Positions 55,048-64,000 of a stretch of DNA of 64,000 nt are shown here, piece by piece (the first letter of the stretch is position 1; each line of letters begins with the position of its first letter). The notes under the pieces were generated by a model. It searched no databases, was not told the origin of the DNA, and saw only the letters and a program-made list of their open reading frames with translations. The DNA lies in sequence record NC_019401.1; one strand, given 5' to 3'. The position numbers and the translations under genes were made by a program.

Positions 55048-57015
55048 ATGGCAAAGGAAAAGAAAAGTTCTGTTCTCGCTGAACATGGTGTTCAACAACT
55101 AACTGAATATCAACATGCTCGTATCCGTACTGAAATGTATTTGGGTTCGAAATCAGAACACGAACAACCAGTACTTCTATTTGGAGAAGATGGTTACAAC
55201 GTGCAAAACTTAGGTTGGGTTCCTGCTCTATTAACATCTTTCCGCGAAATCGTGGATAACTCATTGGATGAATTCGTAAAAGCTGGAACGAAAGATCCAG
55301 TACTTCGTGTTATGTACAATGAAGATGAACTTGAATTCGAAATTAGCGACAACGGTCGTGGTATTCCAATTGACTACGTACCAGAAACACAGAAACATTT
55401 GTGTACTATGGTATTGACCGAAATGAAAACTGGTCGTAACTTTAATGATGATGAACGTAACAACGTTGTCGGTATGAACGGTCTAGGCGGTTCAGTAGTT
55501 ATGATCGTTAGCGAAAAAGCTGAATTAGAAATTCACAGAACAGGTAAACCATACAAAACAGATAAAGCAAATACTGAATATGACGGTATCTATAAATTCA
55601 CTCAGAAGTTCACAGAAGGAACTAACATGTTCCCTGAACTTGGGATTGAAGAACCAAGTATTCGTAAAGTAAAAGCTGATAAAACTGGTACTACAGTACG
55701 ATTTAAAATAAGTAAATCTGTGTTCCATACACATACGTTACCTACACAACTTGTGTACAGCATCCTAAAAGAAATTGCCGCTGCTAACCCAACGTACAAA
55801 ATCTTTTTGAATGACCAACGTATTACAGTGAATAAAAAAGGCTTATTCGCTACTACTAAAAACACTATGACACTTAAAGTTGAGGATAGTGAGATTGGAC
55901 TTGACAGTACTTTCTATATTGTTCCAAATGCAGTGAGTGGATTAAGCAAGAACCTACATATGCAGGGTCTTGTGAATAACGCACCTTCACTTGAAGGTGG
56001 TACGCATTTAGATACGTTCCAGCAAAAATTCGCACTTGGTGTGATTAAAGCTCTTGAACGTAAATCTAAACAAAAGAAAATGACTCCTAACCGTTCTGAT
56101 GTTGAAGAAGGTTTGTTGATTTATAACGTCACTAAGATGAATACTCCAACATTCAACTCTCAAATCAAAACGAAGTTAACTAATGAGAATGTCATTAAAC
56201 CAGTACAGAATGCACTAAACGAAGAATTCTTTAACGAACTTGTGAAGAAGAATTCAGAGTGGGTTGAAGAAATTTATGCTCGCTGTGCTGAACGTACTAA
56301 TAAGAAAGATGCAGATGAAGATCGTAAAATGGCTAAACGTCTCCTAAAAGGGAAAGTAGCTAAACTACGCGATGCAAACGGTTCAAACCGTATGGACTGC
56401 ATTCTTCTAATTGCAGAAGGTGATTCTGCGGTAAGTTCAATGACTGCTGCTCGCAACTCTGCTATTCATGGTATTCTACCACTACGTGGTAAAATTATGA
56501 ACGTGAATGGTAAAGAAAAAACTAAAGACCTAATGGCATCTGATGCACTACATGATATTATGGCTTCGCTAAATATTGTTCCTGGTGAAAAAGCTATTCG
56601 TGAAAATATGAATTACGGTAAACTTTACATCTGTGCTGACGAAGATGAGGATGGTAAAAACATCGGTGCTCTAGTTGTGAACTTCCTATATAAATTCTGG
56701 CCTGAACTGTTCGAAGATGAAAGCAATCCATTTGTGTATATCTTTAAAACACCATTTATTATTTTGGAAAAAGGTAAAGAATCCAAGTACTTCTATGGTC
56801 ATAACGTCCATGAGTACAATCCAGAAGAATGGAAAGGTTGGAAAGCAACTCGTGCAAAAGGTCTTGGTACACTAGAAGTTTCTAACTTCAGGGATGCACT
56901 TGCAAATGGCGTAGCTGTTGCAATTGTTGATGATGGTAATCTAAAAGAAACATTAGATCTAATCTTCAATAAAGAACGTGCAGATGACCGTAAAGAGTGG
57001 ACACGCGAAGACTAA
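55048..57015 (+). CDS. gp39: Type IIA topoisomerase ATPase/TOPRIM subunit (gp39+gp60 fused, GyrB/ParE-like)
   Basis: EIVDNSLDE, DNGRGIP, GMNGLGG, AEGDSA, PLRGK, DEDEDG, KGLG. Confidence 0.95.
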   Translation: MAKEKKSSVLAEHGVQQLTEYQHARIRTEMYLGSKSEHEQPVLLFGEDGYNVQNLGWVPALLTSFREIVDNSLDEFVKAGTKDPVLRVMYNEDELEFEISDNGRGIPIDYVPETQKHLCTMVLTEMKTGRNFNDDERNNVVGMNGLGGSVVMIVSEKAELEIHRTGKPYKTDKANTEYDGIYKFTQKFTEGTNMFPELGIEEPSIRKVKADKTGTTVRFKISKSVFHTHTLPTQLVYSILKEIAAANPTYKIFLNDQRITVNKKGLFATTKNTMTLKVEDSEIGLDSTFYIVPNAVSGLSKNLHMQGLVNNAPSLEGGTHLDTFQQKFALGVIKALERKSKQKKMTPNRSDVEEGLLIYNVTKMNTPTFNSQIKTKLTNENVIKPVQNALNEEFFNELVKKNSEWVEEIYARCAERTNKKDADEDRKMAKRLLKGKVAKLRDANGSNRMDCILLIAEGDSAVSSMTAARNSAIHGILPLRGKIMNVNGKEKTKDLMASDALHDIMASLNIVPGEKAIRENMNYGKLYICADEDEDGKNIGALVVNFLYKFWPELFEDESNPFVYIFKTPFIILEKGKESKYFYGHNVHEYNPEEWKGWKATRAKGLGTLEVSNFRDALANGVAVAIVDDGNLKETLDLIFNKERADDRKEWTRED

Positions 57016-57066
57016 TCATTAGTGGGGTACACTAAGTACCCCCGAAATAACAAAGAGGCAAACGGA

Positions 57067-58473
57067 ATGCGTAAAACAAAACAAGCAAAAGAAATTGTTC
57101 CAAATGAACTAACACTTCTGGACTATCAAAGTTCAGATTACATTAACCAATCATCACTAGAGTACGCATTAAGTACTTTTGATCGTTCCTTACCTGGTAT
57201 TGATGGTTTTAAAAACTCACAGCGTAAAGCTATTTTCACTCTAAGTAAAATTAGTGGAGAAATTAAAACTGTATCTTGTGCGGGTCGTATGATTAGCGAT
57301 GGCATTTATCTTCATGGCGATGCATCAGCTAGTGGTACACTTCAGAACCTAGCGAGTCCAGTAGTAAACAACTACCCACTAATTGGCAAACGTGGTGGTT
57401 TTGGTACACAGGTTAACCCAACTCCTGCAAGTCCACGTTATACTTATGTGAAGAAAACAAAAATCACCGAAGCTTTAGTACTTCGTGATTTAGATGTAGT
57501 TCCTATGCAGGAAAACTATGATGGTACAACGATGGAACCTAAGTTCTTTCTACCATTAATTCCACTTGCACTATTAGGTGTAGATGGTACTGCTACTGCA
57601 TATAAAAGTTTTATCTTCCCATATCGCATGAACGATATTATTGATAATACAATTCGTGCAATCGAAGGAAAAGAACTTCTACCAATGACTCCATACTACG
57701 CAAGCTATGGTGCGAATGATTACGTTGAAGACCGAGGCGAAGGTAAGTATACATTCTTCGGTAAAGCTGAAGTAATCGATGCAAGTACTGTTCGTATTAC
57801 TGGTCTAGCACCTCGTATGAAACTAGAAAAATTCGTTGAAGATTTGATTGAGATGGAAGATTCTGGTAAAATTCGCAGCTACGAAGATAACAGTTCTGGT
57901 AAGGTAGATATTACAATAAAATTACCACGTGGTCTTTCTGGATCATGGCAAGAAATGGATGTACTTGAGTATTTTTCCATTTCAACAAAGTTGGCACATA
58001 CCCTTAATGTTTTAGGTGAAAACGGAAAAGTAAAAAGTTACGACGATGTTCAAGGTATTATCCGAGACTTCGTTCAGTTCCGATTCAAATATTACATTAA
58101 ACGTTATGAAAAACTACTCTCTGATGCAGATGCAGAAGTGCGGTATAAAATTCTTGTCAAAGAATGCTTTGATAATGATATGATGGCTAAAATCAAGTCC
58201 TTTAAAAACCGTGCTGAAGTTGTTGATTTTGTTACTGCACTAAATGACGAAATTCAAGCATCAGATGATAACATTCAAAATATTGTGAATTTCCCAAGCT
58301 ATCGTTGGACTCAGGAAAACTATGATAAAGTACTTCAAGATATTGAAGATGCTTTAGCGAAGATGGATGAGTATAATGATTTACTTGCGAATCATGATAA
58401 AATCTGGAATATCTACAAACAAGAACTTGTAGAATTAAAGAACATGAATTTCACACTACCTGAAGAAGATTAA
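57067..58473 (+). CDS. gp52: Type IIA topoisomerase breakage-reunion subunit (gp52/GyrA-like)
   Basis: DGFKNSQRK, YLHGDAS, GGFG, catalytic ASPRYT; ATG 57067 after GAGG. Confidence 0.93.
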   Translation: MRKTKQAKEIVPNELTLLDYQSSDYINQSSLEYALSTFDRSLPGIDGFKNSQRKAIFTLSKISGEIKTVSCAGRMISDGIYLHGDASASGTLQNLASPVVNNYPLIGKRGGFGTQVNPTPASPRYTYVKKTKITEALVLRDLDVVPMQENYDGTTMEPKFFLPLIPLALLGVDGTATAYKSFIFPYRMNDIIDNTIRAIEGKELLPMTPYYASYGANDYVEDRGEGKYTFFGKAEVIDASTVRITGLAPRMKLEKFVEDLIEMEDSGKIRSYEDNSSGKVDITIKLPRGLSGSWQEMDVLEYFSISTKLAHTLNVLGENGKVKSYDDVQGIIRDFVQFRFKYYIKRYEKLLSDADAEVRYKILVKECFDNDMMAKIKSFKNRAEVVDFVTALNDEIQASDDNIQNIVNFPSYRWTQENYDKVLQDIEDALAKMDEYNDLLANHDKIWNIYKQELVELKNMNFTLPEED

Positions 58474-58504
58474 TAAAAAGGACGCTTATGCGTCCTTTAT
58501 TTTT
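58474..58504 (+). terminator. Rho-independent terminator
   Basis: AAAGGACGC-TTAT-GCGTCCTTT followed by T-run. Confidence 0.85.
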
Positions 58505-58558
58505 AATTAAAGCTATATCATAAATACGACAAAGCTTTTTATGTTTTGGAGATTAGAT

Positions 58559-60931
58559 ATGGCAAACTTCGAACCCCAATGGGATTTGATCGCTGACACC
58601 AATACAATTCAAGAAGGACAGACCACTTACTTTAAACTTCGTTTATCTAAAAGTCAAACCACTTCGCAAAATGACACATATGAAATTGCGAGCAATGAAT
58701 ATATCGAATTAAAATTCAATGTAGTTCCTAATGGTGAAACTTATGAAGAACGTGATTATATTGTTACTGTAGGTGAAAGTACTTCTACATTAGTTCCTAT
58801 TGGCACAGCCGGAACTGGATCAAACACAATTGCAGGAACACATGTAATTAAACTTAACCGAAAACAATTTCAATTAAGTTCTAGTACTACATATATTGAT
58901 GCATTTTATTTCAAAATAGAATGTCCTCAAGATGGCATTTGGGATGGTCCAGAATCATTAACATTTAATATTGACAGCATCAATGTTATTACAATCGTTG
59001 ATAACCAAGTTGCAAATACTGTTTCAAGCGGTATACTTGGTACTACAACACAAATACTTAACTATAATACAATCAATGAAGTTTGGTTAACTCCAGGATT
59101 GACTACACACGGCTCCAATTTATACACAATTGGTGGAATCGGCTATGGTGCAGAAAGTCGCTTGTTCGTGCAAGCATTCGGAAAAAGTCAAACCATTAAT
59201 GGCAAAACTAACGTGTTTATGCCAGCATATGAAATATTAACGATGAGTCCTGGTGAAATGCCATCTACTCATATTACTGGTTCTGGTACTGTTATTGTTC
59301 CAGATTTATCTAATGGATTGCAGGAAGAAATACCTTTGCTAATTCGTGATAGTACTGGTAACTTAGTTAATAGTGGTTTAAAATTTAATGGCAACAACGG
59401 TCAAATAGTCCAAACAATGTTGTACGATTCTGACCCAATTGATGCATATATAAAAGTTCGTATAGTTTCAGTAAAAAGATATTATACTTCTCAAGAAGAT
59501 GCATATTTTGTTGGAAAAAGATTCCGTGCATATCAAACATGGATTTGTCCAGATGACAATAGTACTTTGCATGAAAAACCAAATCCTGCACATTTATATC
59601 AACTAAAAGATACAACTGTTTATCCATACGTTGTCTCAGAAACAACATTTGAAGGCTCAAACTTTACTGAATATAATCCAGAAAGATGGTATGATTTAGG
59701 ATTATATAACGAATCATTGGGTTCAGGTATAATCAATAATACTAGGGTATTTCGTATTGTAGTAAATGATAGTACAGGTACTGATATTTCATTCGAAACA
59801 GATTCTAATCTAGGTGAGATTCATGTTGGGGAATATTTTGGTCATACCAAATATCCAAAAATTGTCGCAAATGGTTCAGATTTAATTTCTTATGAAATAA
59901 ATCATAAAACTTCACCAAATGACATTTTAAAATATGGTTTAGATTTAACTGCTGATGGATATTTGATCGGTACTGCCTATGCAATGAGTGCGGATTTTAC
60001 AGCAAATGATGATATACCATTAGAATTCGATGTTGTGGCTACTGGAAAAAATGGAAAAAGTTTGACTCAAAGATTTAAACTACGTATAATTCGTGGGTTT
60101 GGTGAGAATTTTATGAAAGCAGAAATTCAACCATCATTAACATTAGAACGTGCGTGGTTTAGTATTATTGCTTCGCCATCATTTAGCCGAGCAAGATATT
60201 ATCGCCAATCCGACCCAAATTATGGTGTTAGAAAAGTTCCACGAATACTATTAAAGGAAAACTTTGTCGATCCATCTAAAGACTGGTCAGGATTGAAATC
60301 AACTGTAACTAAACTACGTAATGGTATTATAGATACGGTTGGTGGTGCTCCAACGCCAGACGGTTCATTCCGTTTAGTACTTGGTAATTATAAAGTGCGT
60401 TCTGCCCTTGACAATATGGGAAATGTTCTGTATGATGTTCTGTACAGAGAGTTGCATCCAGAAGGTACACAAGTTGGTTTAAGTTTAAACCCACTAGTTT
60501 ACACCGATTATTCAAGTTCTGTTATTTCTGAAATTTATGGTTTACGTCAAAATATTTTTAATGTTGTTGGCGAAGATACCATAAACCTTCTAACTGACCC
60601 AACCGATTTAAACAATCGCGGTGTGTTTGTAGATGCAATTAATGGATTAACAGAAGAAATGCTTGATACTGTTCCTCGCTTTATGAACCATCCATACGTA
60701 GAAGACAATATTAAAGCAATGTATTTTCCTTGCATCGTTGTTGCATATCTGCAACCAGGACAAGGCGAAGCGTTCTTTAATACGTTGATTCAGAATAATG
60801 AACATGGTGCATTATTAAACTACGAGTTTGAAGTAACTGGTGTAGAATTCAGCTACTTTGTTCAGGACTCTCAACACTATGTAAGAGAAAACTTTTCGGC
60901 ATCGTTAAAAGTGCCAAACCTATTTCAATAA
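58559..60931 (+). CDS. Large virion structural protein (baseplate wedge-like)
   Basis: ATAAATA at 58520; beta-rich, Thr/Ser/Gly-rich; Ig-like LGEIHVG...GYLIG segments. Confidence 0.55.
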   Translation: MANFEPQWDLIADTNTIQEGQTTYFKLRLSKSQTTSQNDTYEIASNEYIELKFNVVPNGETYEERDYIVTVGESTSTLVPIGTAGTGSNTIAGTHVIKLNRKQFQLSSSTTYIDAFYFKIECPQDGIWDGPESLTFNIDSINVITIVDNQVANTVSSGILGTTTQILNYNTINEVWLTPGLTTHGSNLYTIGGIGYGAESRLFVQAFGKSQTINGKTNVFMPAYEILTMSPGEMPSTHITGSGTVIVPDLSNGLQEEIPLLIRDSTGNLVNSGLKFNGNNGQIVQTMLYDSDPIDAYIKVRIVSVKRYYTSQEDAYFVGKRFRAYQTWICPDDNSTLHEKPNPAHLYQLKDTTVYPYVVSETTFEGSNFTEYNPERWYDLGLYNESLGSGIINNTRVFRIVVNDSTGTDISFETDSNLGEIHVGEYFGHTKYPKIVANGSDLISYEINHKTSPNDILKYGLDLTADGYLIGTAYAMSADFTANDDIPLEFDVVATGKNGKSLTQRFKLRIIRGFGENFMKAEIQPSLTLERAWFSIIASPSFSRARYYRQSDPNYGVRKVPRILLKENFVDPSKDWSGLKSTVTKLRNGIIDTVGGAPTPDGSFRLVLGNYKVRSALDNMGNVLYDVLYRELHPEGTQVGLSLNPLVYTDYSSSVISEIYGLRQNIFNVVGEDTINLLTDPTDLNNRGVFVDAINGLTEEMLDTVPRFMNHPYVEDNIKAMYFPCIVVAYLQPGQGEAFFNTLIQNNEHGALLNYEFEVTGVEFSYFVQDSQHYVRENFSASLKVPNLFQ

Positions 60932-60940
60932 GGAGGATTT

Positions 60941-61246
60941 ATGTTCCATCCGTTTTTTGATCCTTCATCGTTAAGTAATCAGGAACTTCATGACAAAATA
61001 AATGAAGTTTCAATGCGTATTGCATCGGCACGTGCTGCTGGTATACAATACGAAGTTATACAATCGATGTTTACTTTGATTCAATGCTGTGAAGAAGAAT
61101 TGCGTACTCGCCAAGCTAAAGTAGATTTGGCTGAGATACAGAAAGAAAATAACAATTGTGTATTTGATTCGGATAGTTATAACAACTCAACAGATGATAA
61201 GAAAAATGAAGGTACAAGGAAACAGAACTATAAGCCAGGATGGTGA
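60941..61246 (+). CDS. Hypothetical coiled-coil protein
   Basis: ORF with AGGAGG RBS. Confidence 0.7.
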   Translation: MFHPFFDPSSLSNQELHDKINEVSMRIASARAAGIQYEVIQSMFTLIQCCEEELRTRQAKVDLAEIQKENNNCVFDSDSYNNSTDDKKNEGTRKQNYKPGW

Positions 61247-61724
61247 TGTTCGTTTAGATCTGAATGCCGTGGTTTATGCTATAAACTGCGGTGCAGATAT
61301 AACTTACATTCAACTGAATGAGCAAGATGAAGCTGAACGTTTGAAGTTCAACGACAACTGTAAAAAGTTCGGATTAGAAGAACGTATGCTAGATTATACC
61401 ATAGAACATGATAAAAATCATGAATTGTGGCGTTATGATCCTGTATATGACAAAATCAATCTCGAAGACTATTTTCTTAATTTGTGTAGTACTGATGAAC
61501 AGCGTGACCGAGTACTATATGAATTAAGTCTGTTCGAAAACTACAACATGACAAAACTACTACGTTGTATGATATGGCTAGTGGATTATCTCGAAGAACA
61601 TAATATTTTTTGGGGATTAGGTCGTGGAAGTTCAGTGAGCAGCTACTGTTTGTATTTGATTGGATTACACTTGGTTGATTCTATTAAATACGATTTAGAT
61701 GTTAACGAATTTTTGAAATGGTAA
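61206..61724 (+). CDS. DnaE/PolC-like N-terminal palm fragment
   Basis: RVLYELSLF...GLGRGSSVSSYCLYLIGLHLVDSIKYDLDVNEFL matches DnaE RLETELQVI...[34 protein letters not shown]. Confidence 0.85.
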   Translation: MKVQGNRTISQDGDVRLDLNAVVYAINCGADITYIQLNEQDEAERLKFNDNCKKFGLEERMLDYTIEHDKNHELWRYDPVYDKINLEDYFLNLCSTDEQRDRVLYELSLFENYNMTKLLRCMIWLVDYLEEHNIFWGLGRGSSVSSYCLYLIGLHLVDSIKYDLDVNEFLKW

Positions 61725-61742
61725 CAAAAATTATGGTATAAT
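61714..61742 (+). promoter_or_regulatory. Conserved phage promoter (TGAAAT variant)
   Basis: TGAAATGGTAACAAAAATTATGGTATAAT. Confidence 0.8.
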
Positions 61743-61770
61743 GTACCTATAAGAGTGAAAAGGGATTTTT

Positions 61771-62145
61771 ATGAAAAAACACACTAGCTATCGCGGTCAG
61801 AAGATCGATATGGAAATGTTGAAGTTTCAACACCAACACAGCGTAGCAATTGGTAATGCCAATATGAATGCTCGTGGTGATATTATCGGTCGTGGCGGCA
61901 CAGTTATTAAGAAGCGTGAAGAATTACTTGCTGAGCGTGAACGTGAAATGCAAAAACCTGATATTAGTCCAGAGCATCAAAGCCATTCTATGGCTCCGCA
62001 AATGGGCGATCCAATGGATTTTGCAGATACTGGCTTTGATGATTCACAGTTTGAAAGTACTCCAACCGGAGATGCAATTGAACCTGAGAAGAAAGCACCA
62101 GTAAAACGTGCTAAAGTCGCAAAAGACGACGCAGAACAAGAATAA
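61771..62145 (+). CDS. Hypothetical protein
   Basis: ORF after promoter. Confidence 0.7.
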   Translation: MKKHTSYRGQKIDMEMLKFQHQHSVAIGNANMNARGDIIGRGGTVIKKREELLAEREREMQKPDISPEHQSHSMAPQMGDPMDFADTGFDDSQFESTPTGDAIEPEKKAPVKRAKVAKDDAEQE

Positions 62146-62155
62146 GGAAATCGAA

Positions 62156-62476
62156 ATGGAGTCAAAAGTACTTACCGCTTGTAAAGGCAAAGTTCTAGTA
62201 TCTGATTTAGATATTGGTGAACAAAAATTAAAATCTGGTATCGTTCTTCGTAATGATGACGGTACTGTTCGCGGAGTACATAGCCGTTGGGCTAAGGTAT
62301 ATTCCGTTGGTGAAGATATTACTGAACTAAAACCAGGCGACTGGATTTTAGTTGCACATGGTAGATGGTCAAGAACTATTACCGTGGATGAAGTATCATT
62401 AAATTTAGTAGATTATCCAAAAGGCGTTCTCGCTGCTGCTGATGAACGTCCAGACTTCTTAGGTCTAGGATACTAA
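62156..62476 (+). CDS. Second GroES-like co-chaperonin (divergent, gp31-like)
   Basis: KVLV, KSGIVL, AKVYSVGEDITELKPGDWILV. Confidence 0.75.
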   Translation: MESKVLTACKGKVLVSDLDIGEQKLKSGIVLRNDDGTVRGVHSRWAKVYSVGEDITELKPGDWILVAHGRWSRTITVDEVSLNLVDYPKGVLAAADERPDFLGLGY

Positions 62477-62482
62477 CATATT

Positions 62483-62509
62483 GCCCTGCATAGTCAGGGC
62501 TTTCTTTTT
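62483..62509 (+). terminator. Rho-independent terminator
   Basis: GCCCTG-CATAGT-CAGGGC followed by TTTCTTTTT. Confidence 0.75.
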
Positions 62510-62520
62510 GTCGAAATTAT

Positions 62521-62811
62521 ATGAGCATAACCGCAGATAATAAATTTAATTTTTATGATGTAAAATTAACAAGTACTAACAAGTCTGGTAAATTTTATTT
62601 TCAGGCAACAAAAAACCGTTCTAGGGTATTTGAAGTAAGTGAAGATTTGTTTAAGACAATGCTGGTTTCAGCATCGAACATAAAAAATCAAGGACTTGAA
62701 AACCCAAAAATGGCTAACACGTTAGAGTACTTGCTAGACCAGATCGAAATGACAGAAGAAATATTTACAGCATTACTATATCCAGAATGGATTAATGAAA
62801 ACAAGGAATAA
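62521..62811 (+). CDS. Hypothetical protein
   Basis: ORF. Confidence 0.65.
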   Translation: MSITADNKFNFYDVKLTSTNKSGKFYFQATKNRSRVFEVSEDLFKTMLVSASNIKNQGLENPKMANTLEYLLDQIEMTEEIFTALLYPEWINENKE

Positions 62812-62813
62812 GC

Positions 62814-63770
62814 ATGACCACCACTCTATGGACTGAGAAATATCGCCCAAATGGTATTGAAGACTATGTGTTTAAAAACCCAGCGTTTAAGCTAAAAATG
62901 GAAGAATGGATCAGAACTGGTCAGATTCCACATATTGGGTTCTTCGGACCAGCAGGTACGGGTAAAACTTCAGCTATCAAAGTACTAATCAATGGGTTAG
63001 TGGAAAATGGTTTTGTTGACCCATCTGATGTAACAATTCTTAACATGTCAGATGAAGGTATGGATGCAGTACGTGAAAAGATTGATGCTGCTGCACGACT
63101 TTCAGCATTTGGTGACTACCGCATTTTTGTTCTTGAAGAAATGGAACAAATGGGTATCAAGGCACAAGGTTCACTAAAACGTATCATGGAAGATTATCAC
63201 GAGAATGCTCGTTTTATTCTTACATCAAATGAACCACACAAAATTCTCAAACCAATTATCTCTCGTGTACAATCAATTATGATTGAAAAACACGATCCAG
63301 ATGATTTTACTACTCGCATCATTGAAATTCTAGTCAATGAAGGTGTAGAGCTAGATTCAGAAGAAAGTCTAGATCTAGTTGATAAGTATATTAAATGTAC
63401 TTTTCCTGATTTCCGTAAAACATTGAACACTCTCCAGAGTTCAGTTGTTGATGGTAAATTAGTCAAGCTAGAAGACTCAATTGATAGTACTGCAAGTTAT
63501 CGAGCAGCTATTATTGAAGCACTAGAAGCAGGAAACATCCGTCAAATGCGTGAACAAATTGTACAGAATATTCCTGAAGATGAAATCGATGGTTTCTTCT
63601 CATTCTTGTACCGCAATGTTGATATGTTCACAAAAGATGAAATTAAAGAAATGAAGATCAAAGTTAAGATTCGCGATGCAGTAGTTAAGCAAGCATCGGT
63701 TTCTGACCGTGAGATGAACCTATCTGCACTTCTTTGTGAAGTGGATTTGATCTGCAACGACCAAATGTAA
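62814..63770 (+). CDS. gp44: Clamp loader large subunit (gp44/RFC-like AAA+)
   Basis: WTEKYRP, GPAGTGKT, LEEME, SRV, PDFRK. Confidence 0.93.
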   Translation: MTTTLWTEKYRPNGIEDYVFKNPAFKLKMEEWIRTGQIPHIGFFGPAGTGKTSAIKVLINGLVENGFVDPSDVTILNMSDEGMDAVREKIDAAARLSAFGDYRIFVLEEMEQMGIKAQGSLKRIMEDYHENARFILTSNEPHKILKPIISRVQSIMIEKHDPDDFTTRIIEILVNEGVELDSEESLDLVDKYIKCTFPDFRKTLNTLQSSVVDGKLVKLEDSIDSTASYRAAIIEALEAGNIRQMREQIVQNIPEDEIDGFFSFLYRNVDMFTKDEIKEMKIKVKIRDAVVKQASVSDREMNLSALLCEVDLICNDQM

Positions 63771-63778
63771 GGGAAGAA

Positions 63779-64000
63779 ATGACAAGCAAGCAAAAAGCCG
63801 TAATCTTGGATTGCGATGAGATTCTACTAAACCACTTAGGTGGTTTTAAAAAATACGTTCAAAAATATTACGATATTGAAACTGTTGGTGAACCACAGCA
63901 ATATAATTTACAAGATTGGTTATGTTGTGATGCTGAGCAAGTCATGGATTTGTTGAAGAACTTCAACTTTTATTCATATGAGTTTGGTCTATTAGAACCA
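63779..64000 (+). CDS. HAD-family 5'(3')-nucleotidase-like protein (3' truncated; not in supplied track)
   Basis: MTSKQKAVILDCDEILLN, HAD motif I DxD. Confidence 0.65.
   Translation, partial: MTSKQKAVILDCDEILLNHLGGFKKYVQKYYDIETVGEPQQYNLQDWLCCDAEQVMDLLKNFNFYSYEFGLLEP

Noticed and set aside
55048-57015. T4 gene 60-type translational bypass
   Set aside because: The gp39 and gp60 equivalents are fused in one uninterrupted ORF

Overview
This 64 kb window is from an AT-rich, T4-superfamily jumbo myophage. Almost all genes are on the + strand. It carries a gp23-like major capsid gene, a tail fibre with its chaperone, and large terminase. The replisome is nearly complete: family-B polymerase, probable sliding clamp, clamp loader, gp32-like SSB, primase, helicase, RNase H, UvsX/UvsY/UvsW, Dda and two-subunit topoisomerase II. 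Nucleotide-metabolism genes (nrdA, nrdB, DHFR, MazG-like, HAD nucleotidase), two free-standing putative homing endonucleases and many unknown virion genes are also present. I found no tRNA, rRNA, CRISPR array, intein or IS element. The most notable observations are: (1) a minimal DnaE/PolC-type polymerase split into two complementary genes about 33 kb apart, keeping GRGS and all three catalytic Asp; (2) roughly 6-fold, frame-independent enrichment of the palindrome AGTACT (about 140 copies by manual count); (3) a probably ATPase-dead, nuclease-less terminase paralogue overlapping the true terL; (4) two paralogous HExxH proteins with head-protein-like leaders; (5) an unannotated 52-aa ORF copying a motif near the capsid protein N-terminus; (6) tandem T4-T-like holin paralogues; (7) Hfq-like, ClpS-like, IF3 and YggL-like host-takeover candidates; (8) 13 copies of a TGRAAY-N14-TGN-TATAAT promoter plus T4-like late TAAATA promoters, some paired with RBS-masking hairpins. 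All family assignments come from motif recognition by eye; no database search was run.
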